Assembly (NCBI GenBank): GCA_039208735.1
Contig: JBCCQY010000065.1
Coordinates: 1 to 44,051, forward strand
Length of the DNA: 44,051 nucleotides
Reading direction: 5' to 3'
From: Myxococcota bacterium
Lineage (GTDB): Bacteria; Myxococcota_A; UBA796; GCA-2862545
Part shown: positions 38,826 to 44,051 of the stretch, in pieces
Layout: the number at the start of each line of letters is the position of its first letter
Position numbering within the stretch: the stretch's first letter is position 1
Notes under the pieces: model-generated
What the model was told of the DNA's origin: nothing
What the model saw: only the letters and a program-made list of their open reading frames with translations
The model's database searches: none
Position numbers and translations under genes: made by a program

Positions 38826-40217
38826 GTGACCCCCGTACGTGTTGGGCCCATCGCTGAAGCGCGACGGCTCGTAACGCTCGCCTGGCCTGTGATTCTGGCC
38901 CAGCTAGGCATGGTGCTCATGGGCGCCGTCGACCTCTGGATGGTCGCTCCCCTGGGCGAAGCTGCAACAGGTGCGCTAGGACTTGGCAATACGTATAGTT
39001 TTGCCCTGGTCATTCTTGCATTGGGGACCGCCACCGGCGTCGATCCCCTGGTCACTCAGGCCTACGGGGCCAACCAGCCACGACGCGCAGGGCTCGCGGC
39101 CCTGCAAGGCATGCTCGTCGTGGGCGGGCTGGGCGTGCCCATCATGGCGCTTCACACGGTCGCTCCCACCGTATTGGGGGCGCTCCAACAACCTCCCAAC
39201 CTCCTGCCCCTCGCCGACGCGTACTGCACCATCAACGCCCTAGGGATCGCACCCCTACTCGCCTTCGCCGTCATGCGGCAGTGGCTCCAAGGCGATGGCG
39301 TGATGCTCCCCGGCATGTTGGCCATTGGCGTGGCCAATGTGGCGAACGTCGTAGGCAACGCATGGCTCATCGAGCCCTATGGGGTGGCCGGTGTGGCGTG
39401 GAGCACCGTGATCGTACGTTGGCTCGCGCTGTTTGTGCTTATCGCCATCAGCCATCGTCCGCTGCGTCGTTCGTGGCCCGATGCACCCGTCCTGGACCCA
39501 ACCGCATTGGTGCGCCTGACCACCATCGCCTTTCCGGTTGGCGTGCAGGTTGGTCTTGAGGTGTGGGCGTTCAGCAGCGCCGCCCTGCTCGCCGGCTCCC
39601 TTGGCACGACCGCAGTGGCCGCACATGTATCGGCCCTCAATGTGGTCGCCCTTGCGTTCATGATGGCCAATGGACTGTCCGCGGCCGCCGCGACTCGAGT
39701 GGGCAATCTGGTGGGCGCAGGGCAACCTTGGCCCACCGCAGCCACGATGGCCTTGGGGTTGGTCGTCGGCTTCATGAGCGTCACGGGACTTGTCTTTTTC
39801 ACCTTCCCGGAGACGATTGGGCGAGTGTACGCCTCCGACCCCGAGGTCGTCGCCCTTATCGCCGCGGTCCTGCCCGTGGGGGCCGCGTTTGGGCTCTTCG
39901 ATGGGCTGCAGGTCGTCGCGTTCGGCATCCTTAGGGGCCTTGGCGATACCCGGGTGCCCTCTACGTTCAACCTCATTGGCTACTGGATGCTCGGGCTGCC
40001 ACTTGGCGCGCTGTTGGCCAACACGTCGCTCGGCCTGGTGGGCGTGTGGGTCGGATTGGCCGTCGCACTCGTGATCGTGGCCGGATTGCTGGGCCTCCGG
40101 ATTCGTTGGCACGCAAACATGGATCGCAACTCGCGATCCGCGGATCGAATTTCGATCATCGAGGCAAAACCAATGCAACCCTCCGTTGCAGCTCAAAACC
40201 AGGAATCTTCTCCTTGA
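38826..40217 (+). CDS. MATE family efflux transporter (NorM-like)
   Basis: LAWPVILAQL, VDLWMVA, RVGNLVGAG, FDGLQVV..GILRGLGDTR and ~12 TM helices. Confidence 0.95.
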   Translation: MTPVRVGPIAEARRLVTLAWPVILAQLGMVLMGAVDLWMVAPLGEAATGALGLGNTYSFALVILALGTATGVDPLVTQAYGANQPRRAGLAALQGMLVVGGLGVPIMALHTVAPTVLGALQQPPNLLPLADAYCTINALGIAPLLAFAVMRQWLQGDGVMLPGMLAIGVANVANVVGNAWLIEPYGVAGVAWSTVIVRWLALFVLIAISHRPLRRSWPDAPVLDPTALVRLTTIAFPVGVQVGLEVWAFSSAALLAGSLGTTAVAAHVSALNVVALAFMMANGLSAAAATRVGNLVGAGQPWPTAATMALGLVVGFMSVTGLVFFTFPETIGRVYASDPEVVALIAAVLPVGAAFGLFDGLQVVAFGILRGLGDTRVPSTFNLIGYWMLGLPLGALLANTSLGLVGVWVGLAVALVIVAGLLGLRIRWHANMDRNSRSADRISIIEAKPMQPSVAAQNQESSP

Positions 40218-40246
40218 CGTCGAGGAGTCAGCTTGTCATTGCGTAG

Positions 40247-40375
40247 ATGAACACAGCAAGCCCCTCTCACGGGAGGTTCGAAGTGCACGTCGCCGACTGG
40301 AACATCGCAATGATGAAGTCCTTTGTGGCAGGCAACCTTCGGTACCTGCCCAGTGACAGAGAGGGGCGGCCCTGA
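40247..40375 (+). promoter_or_regulatory. Putative leader uORF 1 (42 aa) of an attenuator
   Basis: Encodes MNTASPSHGRFEVHVADWNIAMMKSFVAGNLRYLPSDREGRP*. Its last codons contain GAGAGGGG, complementary to the 5' arm of terminator 1. A TTGACG -35-like hexamer lies at 40214. Confidence 0.5.
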
Positions 40376-40401
40376 AAAGGCCCAGCGCGTAACCCGCGAA
40401 G

Positions 40402-40434
40402 AACCCCTCTCGAATCACTCGAGAGGGGTTTTTT
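40402..40434 (+). terminator. Intrinsic terminator 1
   Basis: AACCCCTCTCGA-ATCAC-TCGAGAGGGGTT followed by TTTT (12-bp stem). Confidence 0.85.
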
Positions 40435-40571
40435 CGTTGGGATGAACGCGGTGGGTCGCTCCGGATCTCGTCATTCTGGTCCACCCTGCCATTTCAACTT
40501 GCTTTGGGCGCACTGAACCGAGTGTCTGCCAACGCACCCGTGCGCACACAATTGTGTGCAAAGGCGGGGGT

Positions 40572-40661
40572 GTGGGCAGCTCGCTGAATCACGGTTGGGT
40601 GTCCCAGCTGATCTTGAACAACACCGACGTTGACCTCCCGCCGGGGGAGGATGTGCGCTGA
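40572..40661 (+). promoter_or_regulatory. Putative leader uORF 2 (29 aa) of an attenuator
   Basis: GTG start after AAGGCGGGGG; encodes MGSSLNHGWVSQLILNNTDVDLPPGEDVR*. CCGGGG at 40641-40646 is complementary to the 5' arm of terminator 2. Confidence 0.45.
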
Positions 40662-40684
40662 CCCGACCGTCACCACATCCCAAG

Positions 40685-40719
40685 AAGCCCCGGCTCCTCT
40701 ATGGAACCGGGGCTTTTTT
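40685..40719 (+). terminator. Intrinsic terminator 2
   Basis: AAGCCCCGGCTCC-TCTAT-GGAACCGGGGCTT followed by TTTT. Confidence 0.85.
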
Positions 40720-40858
40720 GTTGCCGACGCCGAGCGCGCCGGCCCGCCCTCGCTTTGCCAATAACAAAGCTTTAAGCTTTATTTTTCTCCAAAAATTAGT
40801 GGACGCAAATCCGAGGAGGCCATAAATCAAAACCAGAACGAGCGACCGACGCTCGTTG

Positions 40859-40930
40859 GCACCTGGAGCTCGATGGATGAGCACCTGGCTACGAACCAGG
40901 GAGGTGGGGGTTCGAATCCCTCCGGGTGTA
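40859..40930 (+). tRNA. tRNA-Arg(ACG), atypical D-arm
   Basis: GCACCTG GA GCTC GATGGAT GAGC A CCTGG CTACGAA CCAGG GAGGT GGGGG TTCGAAT CCCTC CGGGTGT A. Confidence 0.85.
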
Positions 40931-40988
40931 CTTTCTCTCTTTGACATTCCGCATCCGAATCACGGTTATCGCACAACGTTTCGATTGT

Positions 40989-41062
40989 GTTGAGTGGAGC
41001 TGGTCTGGAATAGCGCCAGATTGTGAATCTGGAGGTTGCCGGTTCGAATCCGGCCACTCAAC
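40989..41062 (+). tRNA. tRNA-His(GTG), atypical D-arm
   Basis: G(-1) TTGAGTG GA GCTG GTCTGGAA TAGC G CCAGA TTGTGAA TCTGG AGGTT GCCGG TTCGAAT CCGGC CACTCAA C. The G-1:C73 His identity pair is present. Confidence 0.85.
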
Positions 41063-41067
41063 TTCTT

Positions 41068-41138
41068 GCCTTGGTAGCTCAAGTGGAAGAGCACCCGAGA
41101 TGTCTTGGAAGGTGTGGGTTCGAGTCCCACCCACGGCA
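41068..41138 (+). tRNA. tRNA-like RNA with truncated anticodon loop (no assignable anticodon)
   Basis: GCCTTGG TA GCTC AAGTGGAA GAGC AC CCGAG ATGT CTTGG AAGGT GTGGG TTCGAGT CCCAC CCACGGC A. Confidence 0.75.
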
Positions 41139-41310
41139 GGCGGCGGCAATGAGGTCGCCAACTTCGGCCCAATCCCGGGCCCCCAACCCGAGGAGGCGTT
41201 GGATGGACAATTCGGAGGGTGGTGCCGGTCGCAAGAGCGACTCGCAGTGCACCCCCCATGACGATCCGGGTTCCGACACGGACGTCAACCCTAGGGGCTT
41301 AGGCTCCACA

Positions 41311-41382
41311 GCTTGATTAGCTCAATTGGCAGAGCGCCCGGACGGTCGCCGGGAGATGTAGGTTCGAATCCTACATCAGGCA
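41311..41382 (+). tRNA. tRNA-like RNA, nominal Thr(GGT), non-canonical anticodon loop
   Basis: GCTTGAT TA GCTC AATTGGCA GAGC G CCCGG ACGGTCG CCGGG AGAT GTAGG TTCGAAT CCTAC ATCAGGC A. Confidence 0.78.
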
Positions 41383-41394
41383 TCCAGGAGAGGA

Positions 41395-41476
41395 GCGTAC
41401 CGTGACGCACGGATGCGGGCGTGACCCGCGGGAACGTCGCCGCGAGATCAAGACGTGACAGCCCGGAGAGACGGGC
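41395..41476 (+). ncRNA. Candidate structured RNA (hairpins plus possible pseudoknot)
   Basis: Stems CCGTG/CACGG, CGCGG/CCGCG and GCCCG-GAGAGA-CGGGC. The loop ACGTC can pair with downstream GACGT. Confidence 0.4.
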
Positions 41477-41697
41477 ACCCTTCTTTTTGCAATGTGGATT
41501 TCGCCTGGCTCCGGGTTGGCTCTGAAAGGACCTTCGAATCTCGTAAGGCCTCGGGCCGTGGGGGCTCGGAGCCAGGCGGTGCTTACCCTCTATGGCCCGA
41601 CACAGAGTCTAACCCCGCGTAGATTTCTCGTGACAGACTCGACCCAGATGAGGTCTTAGCGCTAACTTTTCTCTGCGGTAACGCTCGGGAGCCCACG

Positions 41698-42306
41698 ATG
41701 AACGCGGTACTGGTTCTCAATGCCGACTACTCCCCGCTCCGCGTGGTGCCATGGCAGCGCGCAATTGGCATGTTGCTCGACGACAAGGCGTCGCTCGTGC
41801 AGGCCTATGCGGACCGGATGATTCGTTCGGCCACGCTTTCGCTACCGCATCCGGCGGTGGTCGCCCTGCACCGTTACTCGAAGTTTCGTTGTCGGGTTCG
41901 GTTCAATCGTGCCAATGTTTTGGCTCGTGACCACTACACCTGCCAGTACTGCGGCGCGCGTCCGCGCCGGGTCTCGGGTCGCCCCGACCTCACGGAACTC
42001 ACCATCGACCACGTCATTCCCCGAGCCCAGGCCCGCGAGGGCAAGGTGTTCACCTTGGGGCGGTGGCGTCCGGTGACGTGCTGGGAAAACGTGACGACGG
42101 CGTGCGTGGACTGCAACGTAGCCAAGGCGGACCAGACGCCCCGCGAGGCGGAGATGGTGCTCCGCAATGCCCCCAGGGTGCCCACCCACCTCGATATGTT
42201 GTGGATGGCCCTGTTCAGCGTCGACATCCCCGAGGAGTGGCGCGAGTTCTTGCCCGAGGACTCACCTTGGCGTGCGTACTGGACAGCCGAGCTGTCGGCC
42301 TGCTAG
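41698..42306 (+). CDS. HNH endonuclease (McrA/COG1403-like)
   Basis: VLVLNADYSPL, RANVLARDHYTCQYCG, TIDHVIP and WENVTTACVDCNVAK. Confidence 0.93.
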   Translation: MNAVLVLNADYSPLRVVPWQRAIGMLLDDKASLVQAYADRMIRSATLSLPHPAVVALHRYSKFRCRVRFNRANVLARDHYTCQYCGARPRRVSGRPDLTELTIDHVIPRAQAREGKVFTLGRWRPVTCWENVTTACVDCNVAKADQTPREAEMVLRNAPRVPTHLDMLWMALFSVDIPEEWREFLPEDSPWRAYWTAELSAC

Positions 42307-42343
42307 ACGTGCGCCGGGCGCCGGGGCCCGGAGCTTGTCACTC

Positions 42344-42538
42344 ATGCACGAAGACATCGAAGACGACGAGACGACGCACGAGATGGATCCGCCGACGTTG
42401 CTGCCACCCGTGCGAAGTCCCGATGACCTCCCCGCGGGCAACATCAAGGAGGGCACCCTGTGCTTGGTGACCAACGAAGCCCAAGGCACCGAGCAGCTCT
42501 GGACGTTTCGGGACGGGGCCTGGGCGCCCGCGATCTAA
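42344..42538 (+). CDS. Small hypothetical protein
   Basis: 64 aa ORF MHEDIEDD...GTLCLV...LWTFRDGAW that fills the gap between HNH and glnS. Confidence 0.5.
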   Translation: MHEDIEDDETTHEMDPPTLLPPVRSPDDLPAGNIKEGTLCLVTNEAQGTEQLWTFRDGAWAPAI

Positions 42539-44051
42539 TCGTCCGCGAGCGCCGACCCTACGAGATCCTGCACAATCTGAGGCTTCGCGCTCCGGTCGAA
42601 GTGCTTGAGCACCTGACCGATGAAGAAGCCTGACATGTCACGACCCGACCGATGGGCCTGGACCCGATCGGGATGGTCGGCCACCAACTGCGCAACCACC
42701 GGCTCGATGATCGCCGGATCGGTGATGAGCCTTAGGCCCTTCGCCGCCATGATCGCCTCGGGGTCTCCCCCTTCCGCAAGCATGCTGTCCAGCACCTGTT
42801 TGCCCATGGCATGGCTGATCTTGTCCGCATCTTCAAGAGCCACCAGCTTGCCAATCGCCGACCCATCAAAGGGCAGATCCTCAATGGGCCTGTCCTTCAC
42901 GACCCGGGCCAGCTCGTTGGCCACCCAGCTCGCGATGCCCTTCGGATTGTCATGTGTCGCAAGCGCAGCTTCGAACAGCCCAAGCAGCCCAGGATGATCC
43001 TGCAACGTAGCGGCTTCAGAGTTTGAAAGCCCCTGACCCACGAGCCGCTCGCCAACCTCGGTAAGCGGACGCACCGTCTTGGTCTTGCCCTTCTTCACCT
43101 TCGGCTTTTTCGAAGTCGGGGGCGGCGGCTCGATCTTGGGTCGGTAGGAGTCCTTGAGCGGCACAATTCGATTGAACACGAGCCGCTCCGGCGTAGCGTC
43201 TTCATCCACGATGAAGAAACCCGTCCGTTCGAACTGCACCCGTTCGCCAGGCTTCGCATCCGCAAGGCTGGCCTCGACCTGCGCCTCCTTGACGACGAGG
43301 GACTCGGGGTTGAGCTGCTCACGCCAGTCGTCACCGGGATGCTCGACGGTAAACAACCGGTCGTAGAGCCGGACACAGGCCGTCTTCGAGGTCTCTGCAT
43401 CGACCCAATGGATGGTCGCGCTCACCTTGGTCCCCTCGGGCACCTTGCCGCGAGGCACCGAAGGGTCGATGCTCACCCGCACTTGGGTGACCTCGCCCGC
43501 CTCGTTGGTGTCGTAGCCGGTGCAGGTGATGACGTGCGCATAGCGCAGTCGAACCGCCCGCCCTGGCGCCAACCGTCGAAATCCCTTTGGCGGCTCGATT
43601 GCGAAGTCGGTGCGTTCAATGAACAGGCGGCCGGAAAACGGCATGGGCCGTGTGCCTTCCTTGGGCACATCGTGCGGCCAGTAGCTGCCGTCGATCGTCT
43701 CGGGCGGTACCTCCCCCTCGATGACCACCTCGATGGGGTCGAGCACGGCCATGACACGAGGCGCCTCGGTGTTGAGATCGTCTCGAATCACACTCGCGAT
43801 GAAGGTGGGATCCACGACCGAACTCGACTTGGAAACGCCCACCTCCTCCATGATGCGGCGAATCGCGGTCGGGCGCACGCCCCGACGTCGGTAGCCTGCG
43901 ATCGTAGGCATGCGGGGATCGTCCCAGCCCTCAACGTGGCCTTCCGAAACCAGCAAGGTGAGCTTGCGCTTGCTCATCACCGTGTAGGGAAGATTGAATC
44001 TGGCAAACTCGAACTGACGAGGCCGGGGGTCTTCCACGGGAAGGTTCTCGA
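42535..44051 (-). CDS. glnS: Glutaminyl-tRNA synthetase with C-terminal GatB/YqeY domain (5' partial)
   Basis: EFARFN, MSKR, GWDDPRMPTI.G.RRRG, TIHWV, RLYDRLF and QFERTGFF. The extension WVANEL...GFFIGQVLK is YqeY-like. Confidence 0.95.
   Translation of the reverse strand, partial: ENLPVEDPRPRQFEFARFNLPYTVMSKRKLTLLVSEGHVEGWDDPRMPTIAGYRRRGVRPTAIRRIMEEVGVSKSSSVVDPTFIASVIRDDLNTEAPRVMAVLDPIEVVIEGEVPPETIDGSYWPHDVPKEGTRPMPFSGRLFIERTDFAIEPPKGFRRLAPGRAVRLRYAHVITCTGYDTNEAGEVTQVRVSIDPSVPRGKVPEGTKVSATIHWVDAETSKTACVRLYDRLFTVEHPGDDWREQLNPESLVVKEAQVEASLADAKPGERVQFERTGFFIVDEDATPERLVFNRIVPLKDSYRPKIEPPPPTSKKPKVKKGKTKTVRPLTEVGERLVGQGLSNSEAATLQDHPGLLGLFEAALATHDNPKGIASWVANELARVVKDRPIEDLPFDGSAIGKLVALEDADKISHAMGKQVLDSMLAEGGDPEAIMAAKGLRLITDPAIIEPVVAQLVADHPDRVQAHRSGRDMSGFFIGQVLKHFDRSAKPQIVQDLVGSALADD

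Noticed and set aside
40260..40367. Long hairpin as 6S or SRP RNA
   Set aside because: It lacks the SRP helix-8 GGAA/CAGG/AGCA motif and is too short and lacks the central bubble of 6S. An attenuator reading is preferred.
40442..40516. 24-aa ORF starting MNAV just after terminator 1
   Set aside because: It has no RBS. The MNAV match to the HNH start (ATGAACGCGGT) is only 11 nt and probably chance.
40941..40972. Perfect TTGACA between tRNA-Arg and tRNA-His
   Set aside because: There is no convincing -10 hexamer at 16-18 bp spacing.
40236..41316. Listed ORFs overlapping the tRNA array
   Set aside because: They overlap clear tRNA cloverleafs and terminators and have no protein features.
41698..42306. 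HNH as IscB/Cas9-like RNA-guided nuclease
   Set aside because: It is only 202 aa with no PLMP or split RuvC motifs.

Overview
GC-rich chromosomal window from a probable Myxococcota (myxobacterium-like) genome. This is inferred from the MopE-type repeat lipoproteins, the DUF1592/DUF1552 pair, an AgmX/PglI-type domain and a eukaryotic-like Ser/Thr kinase. Most of the window is housekeeping or typical myxobacterial surface genes: tRNA-Pro, rpe, GDPD, pruA, a BtuF-like protein, coaA, XPB helicase with a WYL partner, xseB-[tonB-exbB-exbD-exbD]-ispA-tlyA, a GH43/DUF1592/DUF1552 cluster, trxC, LysR plus methyltransferase, S41 protease, UbiA, kinase, A24 peptidase, MATE and a partial glnS-YqeY. The most unusual part is the ~2.1 kb + strand region at 40214-42306. 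It holds two tandem uORF/terminator modules with attenuator geometry, two operator-like palindromes, four tRNA/tRNA-like genes (two with G8/G14, two with aberrant anticodon loops), interleaved structured RNA segments and an HNH endonuclease. This is a candidate translation-stress-controlled tRNA/tRNA-mimic operon. The second candidate system is a translationally coupled GrpE-like plus NBD-only Hsp70-like gene pair at 142-2090. All calls come from reading motifs by eye; no searches were run.
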